NCBI GenBank assembly: GCA_028715175.1 | Contig: JAQUSJ010000001.1 | Span: 148,356 to 212,355 of the forward strand | Source of the DNA: Candidatus Daviesbacteria bacterium | GTDB taxonomy: Bacteria > Patescibacteriota > Microgenomatia > Daviesbacterales > UBA10151 | DNA: 64,000 nt | Direction of reading: 5' to 3' | Part shown: piece by piece, positions 39,474 to 49,059 of the stretch | Layout: each line of letters starts with the position of its first letter | Position numbering within the stretch: the first letter of the stretch is position 1 | Translations under genes and position numbers: made by a program | Notes under the pieces: generated by a model | The model's input: the letters and a program-made list of their open reading frames with translations, nothing else | Database searches by the model: none | What the model was told of the DNA's origin: nothing

Positions 39474-39994
39474 AAATACTTTTGATTGGACCGCAAGGTT
39501 CCGGTAAATCAACTCAAGCTGATTTACTGGCTAAAGATTTAAATCTTCCAAAAATATCTACAGGCGATATTTTTAGGGAACTTAGCTTACAGGATTCAGA
39601 AGAAGGAAGGAAGATAAAAGGAATCTTAAATTCAGGTGAGTTGATAGACGATTTGGAAACAGCAAAAATTGTAGAACAAAGATTAAACAAGGACGATTGC
39701 AGAAAGGGATTTATTTTAGACGGATATCCAAGAAACAGAAAGCAGCAGCAAATTTTTGATCCAAAAGTTGATAAAGTATTTGACCTGGAAGTTCCTGATC
39801 ATGAAGTTGTTAAAAGGCTTTTGGCAAGAGGCAGAGAAGACGATACTATGGAGACAATCAAGAAACGTTTGAGCTTATATCATGAACAGACTATGCCTTT
39901 GTTGGATTACTACAAAAATCAAGGGATTCTAATAGAAATTGATGGTATGGGGGATATTGAAGATATCTACCGCAGGATAAAGGATAGGTTATAA
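39470..39994 (+). CDS. adk: Adenylate kinase (short LID type)
   Basis: [30 protein letters not shown]. Confidence 0.96.
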   Translation: MKILLIGPQGSGKSTQADLLAKDLNLPKISTGDIFRELSLQDSEEGRKIKGILNSGELIDDLETAKIVEQRLNKDDCRKGFILDGYPRNRKQQQIFDPKVDKVFDLEVPDHEVVKRLLARGREDDTMETIKKRLSLYHEQTMPLLDYYKNQGILIEIDGMGDIEDIYRRIKDRL

Positions 39995-39995
39995 A

Positions 39996-40766
39996 ATGAG
40001 GGCAAGGAATTCCTATGAACAGAAACTGATGAGACAATCTGGTTTGATTGCCTCAAAAGCACTGAAAGCTGCCTTGGGAAAAGTTAAACTGGGTGCGACA
40101 GGGTTTGAAGTTGATAAAATTGTAGAAAAAGAGATTTATGCGCAGGGCGGGGATTTATCATATAAGACTGTACCTGGGTACAAATATGCTACTTGTATTA
40201 CGGTAAATGAGGGAGTAGTCCATGGTATACCTACGGACAGAAAATTTGTTGACGGGGATCTGGTCAGTATAGATTTGGCAGTAATGTATAAAGGTTGGCA
40301 TACTGATTGCGCTTGGAGTGTTTTGGTAAGCGGACAGGAAACAGAGAACAAGGAACAGTTGGAAAAGACAAAATTCTTGAAAATCGGGGAAGCAGCTCTT
40401 TGGGACGGAATAGTACAGGCGGTTGATGGCAATAGAGTGGGAGATATATCTGCTGCTATTCAAGCCAGAATTGAGGGAGCAGGATACAGCGTTGTAAGAA
40501 GTTTGGTAGGGCATGGCGTGGGCAGGTCTTTGCATGAAGATCCGAAAATACCAGGGTTCGGAGCAAAAGGCAAGGGAGTAGGCTTAGAAAGCGGTATGAC
40601 TCTCGCAATTGAAGTAATTTTTACCTCCGGATCTCCGGAGCTGGTCTTAGGCAGTGACAGATGGACTTATTATACGGCAGATAGATCATGGGGCGGACTT
40701 TTTGAGATGACGGTGATTGTAGGAAAAGGAAAAGCGGAGGTTTTGACGGATTGGCGGAAAGTTTAA
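39996..40766 (+). CDS. map: Methionine aminopeptidase type I
   Basis: VVHGIP, GDLVSID, GHGVG..LHEDP, LAIE. Confidence 0.96.
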   Translation: MRARNSYEQKLMRQSGLIASKALKAALGKVKLGATGFEVDKIVEKEIYAQGGDLSYKTVPGYKYATCITVNEGVVHGIPTDRKFVDGDLVSIDLAVMYKGWHTDCAWSVLVSGQETENKEQLEKTKFLKIGEAALWDGIVQAVDGNRVGDISAAIQARIEGAGYSVVRSLVGHGVGRSLHEDPKIPGFGAKGKGVGLESGMTLAIEVIFTSGSPELVLGSDRWTYYTADRSWGGLFEMTVIVGKGKAEVLTDWRKV

Positions 40767-40858
40767 TGGTCAGCAGTTTTAGGTTGTAAAATGAAGCTAA
40801 ATCTGATAAAATAAGGACCTGCCTCCCGCCTTTGGCGGGACGTAGTTAGTTTTAAATT

Positions 40859-41101
40859 ATGTCAAAAGATGTGATCGAAGTGGAGGGTAAAGTTAAAGAG
40901 GTTTTGCCCAATACTTTATTTAGAGTTGAAATTGATAAAAGCGCTGATGTGTCAGAACTCTTAGGAAGAGTGATCTTGTGTCATATCTCAGGCAAGATGA
41001 GAATGCACTATATCAGACTTCTGGAAGGGGACAGGGTAAAAATTGAGATGAGTCCGAAATATGATTTGGATAAAGGAAGGATTACATTTAGATTGAAATG
41101 A
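40859..41101 (+). CDS. infA: Translation initiation factor IF-1
   Basis: [35 protein letters not shown]. Confidence 0.97.
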   Translation: MSKDVIEVEGKVKEVLPNTLFRVEIDKSADVSELLGRVILCHISGKMRMHYIRLLEGDRVKIEMSPKYDLDKGRITFRLK

Positions 41102-41214
41102 AAGTATTAGCTAGTATTAAAACCAGGTGTAAATTTTGTAAAATAGTCAAGCGCGAGGGCATGTTATATGTTATCTGTCCCCGTGACCCAAGACACAAAC
41201 AAAGACAAGGATAA
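41098..41214 (+). CDS. rpmJ: 50S ribosomal protein L36; absent from the ORF track
   Basis: Manual translation: [38 protein letters not shown]. Confidence 0.96.
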   Translation: MKVLASIKTRCKFCKIVKREGMLYVICPRDPRHKQRQG

Positions 41215-41216
41215 AT

Positions 41217-41642
41217 ATGGCTAGAATTGCAGGAGTAGATTTACCGGAGAATAAAAGAATTGATATCGGACTTACCTATATTTTTGGTATAGGGCGGTCT
41301 AATGTGGTTAAAGTGATTAAAGATGCAGGGATAGAGGAGAATAAAAGGATTAAAGATTTAACAGAAGAGGAGATCAATAAATTACAAAAAAGCGTTGAGC
41401 AATTTAAAATGGAAGGAGATCTTAGACAGGAGATTGAACAGAATATTAAAAGACTGGAAGAGATAGGAAGTTATAGAGGTTTAAGACACAGGAAAGGTTT
41501 GCCGGCAAGAGGGCAAAGAACAAGGAGTAATGCCAGAACTAAACGAGGTAAGAGAAAGACTGTAGGAACTGTCAGAAAAGAAGCAGTTGCCGCGACAGGC
41601 GGACCAGTCGCCGGTAAGGTTGAAGGAGGAAAAGGTGGCTAA
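41217..41642 (+). CDS. rpsM: 30S ribosomal protein S13
   Basis: [29 protein letters not shown]. Confidence 0.98.
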   Translation: MARIAGVDLPENKRIDIGLTYIFGIGRSNVVKVIKDAGIEENKRIKDLTEEEINKLQKSVEQFKMEGDLRQEIEQNIKRLEEIGSYRGLRHRKGLPARGQRTRSNARTKRGKRKTVGTVRKEAVAATGGPVAGKVEGGKGG

Positions 41643-42030
41643 AAAGAGAATACAGATTAAGAAACAAAAAGTAACGGAGAAAAAAGTTAGCAGCGGTAGA
41701 GTATATGTTACAGCGACTTTTAATAATACCATGATTACTTTAACTGATACTTCCGGCAATACGCTAGCTTGGGGAACTTCGGGTAGTGCCGGTTTTAAAG
41801 GCGCAAGAAGGGCAACTCCATATGCGGCAATTTCAGCTATGGAAAAGGTCGCCCAAAAAGCAAAGGAGTTTGGGATGAGCTCGGTTGAGGTATATATAAA
41901 AGGCCCGGGGTCTGGCAGGGATGCCACAATTAAGGCGCTGCGAGGTGCCGGGATTAATATCACTATGATTGCTGATGTGACGCCTATTCCGCATAATGGT
42001 CCAAGACCCAAAAAAAGGAGAAGAGTGTAA
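41635..42030 (+). CDS. rpsK: 30S ribosomal protein S11
   Basis: [30 protein letters not shown]; GTG start after GGAGG. Confidence 0.97.
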   Translation: MAKKRIQIKKQKVTEKKVSSGRVYVTATFNNTMITLTDTSGNTLAWGTSGSAGFKGARRATPYAAISAMEKVAQKAKEFGMSSVEVYIKGPGSGRDATIKALRGAGINITMIADVTPIPHNGPRPKKRRRV

Positions 42031-42632
42031 TGGCAAGATATACTGGGCCTAAAAGGAGATTATCAAGACGGGAAGGTATTGCTTTGTTTGCAAAAGACGC
42101 TAAGCATCTTGAGAAAAAAGGCGCCATACCGCCGGGGCAACATGGAGTAGGTCGGAGAAGGCGGATATCGGAATACGGATTGCAGCTTAGAGAGAAACAA
42201 AAAGCTAAACGTATTTATGGAATTTTGGAGAGACAATTCAAGAAATATTTCAATGAAGCCAGTAAAGTTAAGGGCGCAACAGGTTTAGTTTTACTCCAAA
42301 CTTTAGAAACCAGATTAGATAATGTGGTATACAGATTAGGTTTTACCAAAAGCAGGGCCGGAGCCAGACAATTGGTTAGTCATGGCCATATTACGGTAGA
42401 TGGTAAAAAAGTGACAATTCCTTCCTTCCGGGTTCACAAAGAGCAGACTATTGCAATATCTGACAATTTGAGAGATAATACACAGATTAAAACTAGTTTA
42501 GAAGAGACGTCGACCTTGCCGGAATGGCTTGAACGAAAAGCCACCATTGGCAAGGTTTTAAGAATCCCTGATCGAGATGAAATGGAACAGGTGATTAATG
42601 AACAATTTATCGTCGAATACTATTCTAGATAA
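42030..42632 (+). CDS. rpsD: 30S ribosomal protein S4
   Basis: MARYTGP, QLREKQK, LETRLDNVVYR, IVEYYSR. Confidence 0.98.
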   Translation: MARYTGPKRRLSRREGIALFAKDAKHLEKKGAIPPGQHGVGRRRRISEYGLQLREKQKAKRIYGILERQFKKYFNEASKVKGATGLVLLQTLETRLDNVVYRLGFTKSRAGARQLVSHGHITVDGKKVTIPSFRVHKEQTIAISDNLRDNTQIKTSLEETSTLPEWLERKATIGKVLRIPDRDEMEQVINEQFIVEYYSR

Positions 42633-42638
42633 CGTAAA

Positions 42639-43544
42639 ATGTTTAAAGTTAAAACAGAAAAAGAGTTGGAAAATTTTGCGAGTATAGCAATCGAACCGCT
42701 TGAAGCGGGTTTTGGTCATACATTAGGAAATAGTTTAAGACGGGTATTACTAACAGCTTTACCTGGCGCATCTGTAACTTCAGTTAAGATTGACGGTGTA
42801 TCCCACAGGTTTTCAACAATAGATGGAGTGCTGGAAGACGTAATTGAGATTATTTTAAATATCAAAAAAATTCGTTTAAACATACATTCCGATAAGCCGG
42901 TCAGGTTAGCGCTTAAAGCATCAGGCAAAAAAGAAGTTAAGGCTAAAGATTTGGAAATAGAAGGCGATGCAGAAATTATAAACCCGGATCAATATATTGC
43001 AACTTTAACTGATGCCAAATCCAAACTGAATATTGAAATGACGGCAGAGCAAGGTAAGGGTTACTTAACTTCGGAAGAGGGAAAAACTGACGAGCTCGGC
43101 GTTATTTCCGTTGACGCATTATTTAGTCCTGTCGTAACAGTTAATTACAGCGTTGAACCAACCAGGGTAGGCCGCAGGACAGATTTTGATAAGTTAATTA
43201 TAGATGTTACTACAGACGGAACCATTACTCCTCTTGATGCTCTTAACTCCGCTGCCAGGATTTTGGCTGATACATTTCATGCAATTTTTGAACCTAGTGT
43301 TGAGGAAGAGATAGAAGAGATTGGTCCCAAAATTTCGGAAGAAACTTTGAAATTGACCATTGAAGAGCTTGATTTACCGGTAAGGATTACTAATGCGCTG
43401 AAAGCGATAGAGATTAATACGATTGAAGATTTGATAAGTATCCCGCGCCCTCAACTGTTAAAGGCAAAGAATTTGGGAACCAAATCCATTCATTTAATAT
43501 CAGAGAAGCTAGTTGAGAGGGGGTTGTCTTTGTGTGAGGCATAG
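42639..43544 (+). CDS. rpoA: RNA polymerase alpha subunit
   Basis: EPLEAGFGHTLGNSLRRVLL, DALFSPV, TRVG.RTDFDKL, CTD IEELDLPVR..NAL. Confidence 0.98.
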   Translation: MFKVKTEKELENFASIAIEPLEAGFGHTLGNSLRRVLLTALPGASVTSVKIDGVSHRFSTIDGVLEDVIEIILNIKKIRLNIHSDKPVRLALKASGKKEVKAKDLEIEGDAEIINPDQYIATLTDAKSKLNIEMTAEQGKGYLTSEEGKTDELGVISVDALFSPVVTVNYSVEPTRVGRRTDFDKLIIDVTTDGTITPLDALNSAARILADTFHAIFEPSVEEEIEEIGPKISEETLKLTIEELDLPVRITNALKAIEINTIEDLISIPRPQLLKAKNLGTKSIHLISEKLVERGLSLCEA

Positions 43545-44034
43545 AGTTTATGGTAAACACCTCGGAAGAAACAAAGACGAGCGCAAGAACCTTTTCAAAG
43601 GGCTGGTGCGGTTACTTTTAATCCACGGGACTATTCAAACTTCTGAGACTAAAGCTAAAGCAATAAAGGGTTTGGTTGACAGAATAATTAATTTGGCCAA
43701 AGATAAGAGAGAGACCCGGCTTAAATCTTTTTTAGTTGATAAAAACCTGAGGGAGCGGTTAATTAAAGATATTATCCCGCGTTTAAGTGTTGCCAGAACA
43801 TCTGGTTATACTTCGATAGTGAGAATGGGAACAAGACTGGGTGATCAAACTACAATGGTTAAGATGAGTTTGATTGGGGTAGAGGAATTGAAGCCTTTAG
43901 AGAAAGAATCAAGCAGCAAGAATCAGGAATTAAGCAAAAAGCCTGAAAAACCGAAGAAAAAAACTATAACTACTCCAAGAAAATCTATTAAAGTAAAGAC
44001 TGTGAAAACTAAAAAAGGAGCAAAAAAAGCTTAA
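43534..44034 (+). CDS. rplQ: 50S ribosomal protein L17 with Lys-rich tail
   Basis: (V/M)RHRVYGKHLGR, I.TSETKAK, R.SGYT, RLGD. Confidence 0.95.
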   Translation: MRHRVYGKHLGRNKDERKNLFKGLVRLLLIHGTIQTSETKAKAIKGLVDRIINLAKDKRETRLKSFLVDKNLRERLIKDIIPRLSVARTSGYTSIVRMGTRLGDQTTMVKMSLIGVEELKPLEKESSSKNQELSKKPEKPKKKTITTPRKSIKVKTVKTKKGAKKA

Positions 44035-44062
44035 TCCATAATTCTAATAGCTTAATTCTAAT

Positions 44063-44455
44063 ATGGGTACTAATAAATTATCAGCAAAAGATATAAAAAG
44101 AGAGACACATACTATTGATGCATCCGGAAAAATTTTGGGCAGACTTGCGACAGAAGTGGCAACTATTCTGATGGGCAAAAATAAAAATAAATTTGTACCG
44201 TACTTAGATTTAGGAGACTTTATTGTAGTGACTAATGCAAGCAAAGTTAAGGTTACAGGGAAAAAGATGAAGGATAAGAAATATGTACGACATTCAGGAT
44301 ATCCGGGCGGACTAAAAGTTGAAACTTTTGATAAGTTGATAAACCGTAAGCCGGAATATATTATTGAACACGCAGTAAAAGGTATGCTTCCGCATAATAG
44401 GTTAGGCAGGCAAATGATCAAAAAAATGAAAGTTTTTGCAGGAGAAGTGAAATAA
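44063..44455 (+). CDS. rplM: 50S ribosomal protein L13
   Basis: [37 protein letters not shown]. Confidence 0.98.
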   Translation: MGTNKLSAKDIKRETHTIDASGKILGRLATEVATILMGKNKNKFVPYLDLGDFIVVTNASKVKVTGKKMKDKKYVRHSGYPGGLKVETFDKLINRKPEYIIEHAVKGMLPHNRLGRQMIKKMKVFAGEVK

Positions 44456-44457
44456 TT

Positions 44458-44847
44458 ATGGAAAATACCTCTACAATTGGACGACGCAAAGAAGCAAATG
44501 CCAGAGTAAGATTAAGTTCTGGAAATGGTCAAATTGTAGTTAACGGGAAACCTATTGCACAGTATTTTGCAGGTCCGATTTTACAAAAAATTTACATGAA
44601 ACCATTGGAAATTACTCAAACTTCCAAAAAATTTACAATTTCGGTAAAAGTTGTTGGCGGAGGACAGGTTTCACAGCTTAAAGCAGTTATTCACGGTATC
44701 GCCAGAGCCATTGCTAAGCAAACACCGGCTTTACGGACAATTCTTAAAAAGGAAGGCTTTCTCACCAGGGATGCAAGAGTAAAAGAACGAAGAAAATATG
44801 GTTTGGCTCAAAAAGCGCGGGCAAAGAAACAGTCACCAAAACGGTAA
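44458..44847 (+). CDS. rpsI: 30S ribosomal protein S9
   Basis: GRRKEA.ARV, GGG..SQ, LTRDARVKERRKYG. Confidence 0.98.
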   Translation: MENTSTIGRRKEANARVRLSSGNGQIVVNGKPIAQYFAGPILQKIYMKPLEITQTSKKFTISVKVVGGGQVSQLKAVIHGIARAIAKQTPALRTILKKEGFLTRDARVKERRKYGLAQKARAKKQSPKR

Positions 44848-44873
44848 GTTTGGTAGAATACGTTAAGGATTAA

Positions 44874-46283
44874 ATGGACAAATCGATTCCTCCGGAAAAT
44901 ATTTTTAAAAGCTATGATATCAGGGGTATTTATCCTACAGAAATTAATGAACAATTTGCAGTCCCTATCACACGGGCAATTTATAAACTCTTGTTAAATC
45001 AGCTAGAAAGTAAAGGCCCTTTAACAGTTGCTGTTGGACGCGATATGCGACTTTCATCACCAACAATTTTTGAGGCAGTCTCAAAAACTTTGGTGAAACT
45101 GGGAGCAAAAGTTATCGATCTAGGTATAGTTTCTACCCCGACTTTTTATTTTGCAGTTTTTAAAAATAAATATGATGGGGGTTTACAGATTACAGCCTCT
45201 CATAACCCTAAAGAATATAACGGTATAAAAATTGTGAGAATTTCTCCAACCGGTTTGGTTAAAATCGGCAAAAATACCGGTATGGATGATATTAAGAATA
45301 TGAGCATAGACGGGGTGGATATTCCTAATGTAAGCGGGGGAATCCTTTTTAAAAAAGAAGGGGTTTTAGAAGAAGAAGTAGAGAATGCCTTAAGTATTGC
45401 AGGAAATCCACAAATTAATGAGTTTAAGATTGTAGCAGATGCGGCTAACGCTCTGGGGGCGCTTTATATCGAGGAGCTATTTAACCGTATTCCTGGAAAA
45501 TTAATAAGGATGAACTTTGAGTTGGATGGAACTTTCCCGGCACATCAAGCAGATCCTTTACAAAAAGAAACTTTGGTTGATTTACAGAAAAAAGTGGTGG
45601 AGACGGGCGCTGATTTGGGGCTTGCACCGGATGGCGATGGGGACAGGTTATTTTTTATTGATGAAAAAGGAAAAATCGTTCCGCCTTCAATAATTACTGC
45701 AATTGTTGCCAGGGAGCTTTTGAAAAAGCATAAAGGAGCAACTGTTTTGGCAGATATTAGATACATAATGACTCCTAAAAAAATTGTTGAAGAATTGGGT
45801 GGAACTTTTGTGATTACAAAAGTAGGCCATGCATTCATAACAGAAAAGTTACACGAAACAGGGGGAGTTTTTGCCGGCGAATCCTCGGCCCATTATTTTT
45901 TCAAAGAAACAGGTAACGCTGAATCGCAACTCCCAATGATTTTAACTATTTTGAAAGTAATGACTGAAGAAGGTAAAAAACTTTCTGAGATTGTTAATGG
46001 TTTAAAAAGGAGCCACGAATCAGGCGAGTTCAATTTCCGGGTTAAAAATGCAAAAGAAGTAATGACAGCAGTTAAAAAAGAATTCCCGGAAGGTGAAATT
46101 TCGGAGCTGGACGGAGTATCGATCTCTTTTGCTGATTGGAGGTTGTCGCTTAGAAGTTCAAATACCGAACCACTACTTCGGCTTAATATAGAAGTTGATA
46201 TTAATGGTAATGTTGAAGAGAAAAAAGAAAAAGTAATTAAGCTGATAAAAAAACATGGGATTTTTGAGGACTTGTCAAAGTAG
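44874..46283 (+). CDS. Phosphomannomutase/phosphoglucomutase
   Basis: FKSYDIRG, ITASHNP, DGDGDR, GESSAH, RSSNTEP. Confidence 0.95.
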   Translation: MDKSIPPENIFKSYDIRGIYPTEINEQFAVPITRAIYKLLLNQLESKGPLTVAVGRDMRLSSPTIFEAVSKTLVKLGAKVIDLGIVSTPTFYFAVFKNKYDGGLQITASHNPKEYNGIKIVRISPTGLVKIGKNTGMDDIKNMSIDGVDIPNVSGGILFKKEGVLEEEVENALSIAGNPQINEFKIVADAANALGALYIEELFNRIPGKLIRMNFELDGTFPAHQADPLQKETLVDLQKKVVETGADLGLAPDGDGDRLFFIDEKGKIVPPSIITAIVARELLKKHKGATVLADIRYIMTPKKIVEELGGTFVITKVGHAFITEKLHETGGVFAGESSAHYFFKETGNAESQLPMILTILKVMTEEGKKLSEIVNGLKRSHESGEFNFRVKNAKEVMTAVKKEFPEGEISELDGVSISFADWRLSLRSSNTEPLLRLNIEVDINGNVEEKKEKVIKLIKKHGIFEDLSK

Positions 46284-46306
46284 ATAGTTTATGGTTTACT
46301 AGTAAA

Positions 46307-46395
46307 TACATCAAGAGTCTACGTTCATGTAAGCTGAACGTGGCGGCAACCGGAAAGTAATCGGTGCCAATCCCGATGTAATATCGGGAGATGTG
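46307..46395 (+). ncRNA. SAM-I-superfamily riboswitch aptamer upstream of metK
   Basis: P1 ACATC/GATGT, J1/2 AAGAG, P3 GGCAACCGG...TCGGTGCC, AA, P4 TCCCGAT...ATCGGGA; directly upstream of metK. Confidence 0.85.
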
Positions 46396-46424
46396 GTCTT
46401 AAGTTTTAGGACAAACTTTATCTA

Positions 46425-46448
46425 GACCTCTCTTGATGAGAGGTTTTT
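46425..46448 (+). terminator. Riboswitch expression-platform intrinsic terminator
   Basis: GACCTCTC-TTGAT-GAGAGGTT TTT. CTCTTGATG (46430-38) is complementary to aptamer CATCAAGAG (46309-17), giving an antiterminator. Confidence 0.75.
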
Positions 46449-46450
46449 AA

Positions 46451-47566
46451 ATGGTAAAAAATAATGGGGTAACAACTTTTACATCTGAGTCGGTTTGCGC
46501 CGGTCATCCGGATAAAATTTGCGACCAAATCTCCGATGCAATTTTGGATGCTGTTTTAACTCAGGATAGATTCGGTCATGTAGCTTGCGAAACACTAGTC
46601 GGATTTAACAGAGTAGTAATTTCCGGCGAAATTACAGCTAACGCTAAAGTAAATTATGAAAGTATTGCCAGAGAACAAATCAAGAGACTTGGTTATAAAG
46701 ATCCTAAATTGAATTTTTCCGATAAATCGCATATAGAAAACTATCTGCATGAACAATCGCAAGAAATTGCAATAGGGGTTGATGGTAAGGGCGCAGGCGA
46801 TCAAGGTATGATGTTCGGATTTGCTTGTAATGAAACTCCACAGCTAATGCCTCTTCCTATAACTCTTGCTCATGGTTTAACGAGACGAATGGATTATGTC
46901 AGAGAAGAAGGCTTAGTTGACTACCTTAGGCCGGATGGCAAAAGTCAGGTAACTGTGGAATATAGGAATGGCAGACCATTGAAAGTTTTGCAAGTAATTA
47001 TTGCCGTGCCACATAAAGAATCAGTTCTTTTAAGTCAAGTTAAAAAAGATATTTATAATGCAGTTGTCGTACCTGTCTTGGACCAGTTTGGCTTTAAATT
47101 AAATATCAAAGATTTGATTGTCAACGGAACAGGTGTCTGGCATAATGGTGGACCAGCTGCTGATTGTGGAGTAACCGGAAGGAAAATAGTTGTTGATGGA
47201 TACGGAGGTTATGCCAGAGTTGGAGGTGGAGCTTTTTCCGGAAAGGACCCGACAAAAGTTGATAGGTCAGGAGCATATGCTGCCAGGTTTTTGGCCAAAA
47301 ATATAGTTGCCAATAAATTGGCTGATAAAGCGGAGGTAAGACTAGCATATTTTATTGGAGCAAAAAAACCTTCTATGCAGGATGTAGAAACTTTTGGTAC
47401 TAACAAAAAGTCTCACAAGGTAATACTTTCTTTTATGAATAGTATTTTAGATACATCAGTTTCCGGAATCTTGAAAGCTCTGGATTTACAAAGACCAATT
47501 TATCTGCCAACAGCAGCTTATGGTCACTTCGGCAGGGAAGAGTTCCCCTGGGAAAAAGTTGTTTAG
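46451..47566 (+). CDS. metK: S-adenosylmethionine synthetase
   Basis: SESVCAGHPDKICDQISD, GAGDQG, GRKIVVD, GGGAFSGKD.TKVDRS. Confidence 0.98.
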   Translation: MVKNNGVTTFTSESVCAGHPDKICDQISDAILDAVLTQDRFGHVACETLVGFNRVVISGEITANAKVNYESIAREQIKRLGYKDPKLNFSDKSHIENYLHEQSQEIAIGVDGKGAGDQGMMFGFACNETPQLMPLPITLAHGLTRRMDYVREEGLVDYLRPDGKSQVTVEYRNGRPLKVLQVIIAVPHKESVLLSQVKKDIYNAVVVPVLDQFGFKLNIKDLIVNGTGVWHNGGPAADCGVTGRKIVVDGYGGYARVGGGAFSGKDPTKVDRSGAYAARFLAKNIVANKLADKAEVRLAYFIGAKKPSMQDVETFGTNKKSHKVILSFMNSILDTSVSGILKALDLQRPIYLPTAAYGHFGREEFPWEKVV

Positions 47567-47829
47567 TTTACTGTAAATTGCGAGAAGTTTTTCAATTTGC
47601 CCTCAGTTATAATAACTTTTTTTACTTCGGCCAGCGAAGGACCAATGTGACACCATTTGACAAATTCATCTAAGTTTTCCTTTTCCCCTTCTACCTCAAT
47701 TAAAACCGATCCATCAGGTTGATTTCTGGCAAACCCACTTAAACCCAACTGATCAACTTTTTCTTTGGCAGTGGCTCTAAAAAATATTCCCTGGACTAAA
47801 CCAAAAACTGAAATGTTGTAATGCTTCAT
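47563..47829 (-). CDS. acyP: Acylphosphatase
   Basis: GLVQGIFFR, GFARNQPDGSV.IEVEG, GP. Confidence 0.93.
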   Translation of the reverse strand: MKHYNISVFGLVQGIFFRATAKEKVDQLGLSGFARNQPDGSVLIEVEGEKENLDEFVKWCHIGPSLAEVKKVIITEGKLKNFSQFTVN

Positions 47830-47838
47830 GCTGTAAAG

Positions 47839-48027
47839 TTAGCCTTTTTTAGGCATGACAATTGCAGCGAGGATATATACAATAAGCCCGGGGACAAATC
47901 CGGTAAAGACAAAAACCAAAATGAAAATTAACCTTAAAAGTACTGGATCAATATTTAGATATTCTCCCAGTCCTCCGAATACTCCCAGCCAGACTTTATT
48001 TTTACTAGATCTGTATAATTTTTTCAT
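47839..48027 (-). CDS. pspC: PspC domain protein
   Basis: KKLYRS..NK..LGVFGGLGEYLNIDP.LLRL...Y. Confidence 0.92.
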   Translation of the reverse strand: MKKLYRSSKNKVWLGVFGGLGEYLNIDPVLLRLIFILVFVFTGFVPGLIVYILAAIVMPKKG

Positions 48028-48052
48028 ATAACCTAAATTATACCATTTAAGG

Positions 48053-48838
48053 TTAGGAAAATTCTAAAATCATCGGTAAATGGTCGGAAACTTCTACTTC
48101 AGGCGCTTCAAAGCTTTTTACGTTTACATCGGGTGAAACAAAAATATAATCTGCAAATTTTTGAAAATCCGGCCTTTTAAAGAAAGGGCTTAAGCTGCTT
48201 CTGGTTTTTTCTATATTAAATTCTTTTATTAAATTTCTCATATTCTTTTCCAGCATCCTGATACTTTCGGTTTGAGGTAAAAGATTCAAATCTCCAGTTA
48301 AGATCTTTGCTCCTGATTTACTTTTTAAGAAATTATTAATTTTCATGGATTGTTCAAGTCTTTGTTTGGTGTCTAATTTAGAGCCAGGGAAAGAAGTACC
48401 ATGAATATTACAAATAATGTAAGATTTGTTATCGATAATTAAATTAATGCATTGTAAAGCAACAGGTAAATTAGAAAAATCTGTCTTTAAGATTTTTTCA
48501 GATCCATCTCCGCTAATTGGCAGTTCTTCAAAGGAGTGAACATTAATATCTTTGCGAATAAAGGTTGCCTCGCCTACAGTTAAGTCAAAATCCACAGGAT
48601 TTGGATTAGAGTCATAACCACTAAATTCCGGAGTATAGAATACTTGAAAATCAGGTAAGATTTGTTTTAATTCCTCCAGCAAATTAGCCCTAATGCTGTG
48701 AAATTGTTTTACAGAAGTTGTGGTGCTGTAAATTTCCTGAAAGCAAAATATATCGCTGTCCCGGGAATAGTTTTTAATAAAGGTGACTAGGGGTTGATAA
48801 ATTTTTCCGCCCCAGGTATTTAAAGAAATTAGTTTCAT
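48053..48838 (-). CDS. Endonuclease/exonuclease/phosphatase family protein
   Basis: KLISLN, DIFCFQE, ILTGDLN, DYIF, SDHLP. Confidence 0.9.
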   Translation of the reverse strand: MKLISLNTWGGKIYQPLVTFIKNYSRDSDIFCFQEIYSTTTSVKQFHSIRANLLEELKQILPDFQVFYTPEFSGYDSNPNPVDFDLTVGEATFIRKDINVHSFEELPISGDGSEKILKTDFSNLPVALQCINLIIDNKSYIICNIHGTSFPGSKLDTKQRLEQSMKINNFLKSKSGAKILTGDLNLLPQTESIRMLEKNMRNLIKEFNIEKTRSSLSPFFKRPDFQKFADYIFVSPDVNVKSFEAPEVEVSDHLPMILEFS

Positions 48839-48854
48839 AAGACTATAGATATTG

Positions 48855-48925
48855 TCGGGGAGGGGAGAATCGAACTCCCGATGCCGCACCCCCAGCGCGG
48901 CGTGTTGCCACTATACTACTCCCCG
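48855..48925 (-). tRNA. tRNA-Pro (GGG), CCA not encoded
   Basis: CGGGGAG TA GTAT AGTGGCA ACAC G CCGCG CTGGGGG TGCGG CATC GGGAG TTCGATT CTCCC CTCCCCG A; 71-nt cloverleaf. Confidence 0.95.
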
Positions 48926-48947
48926 CCTTCGCCAAGGCTTCGGCGGG
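48922..48947. repeat. Short palindromic element abutting the tRNA-Pro 5' end
   Basis: CCCGCC-TTCGCCAAGGCTTC-GGCGGG; related to 6567-6593. Confidence 0.6.
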
Positions 48948-49059
48948 CAAGCCCGTTTTTTGCCTTAGACTTATGGTATTTTATCAGGTTAAAGGCCAAT
49001 ACTCTATATAATCATTTTGGGGGATTGATATTTGGGAAATATTTGGTAATCTTGAACAT

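Noticed and set aside
15586-45838. Many 60-176-aa antisense or alternate-frame ORFs over rpoBC, fusA, tuf and ribosomal genes
   Set aside because: Fully nested in highly conserved genes, with no motifs; expected shadow ORFs.
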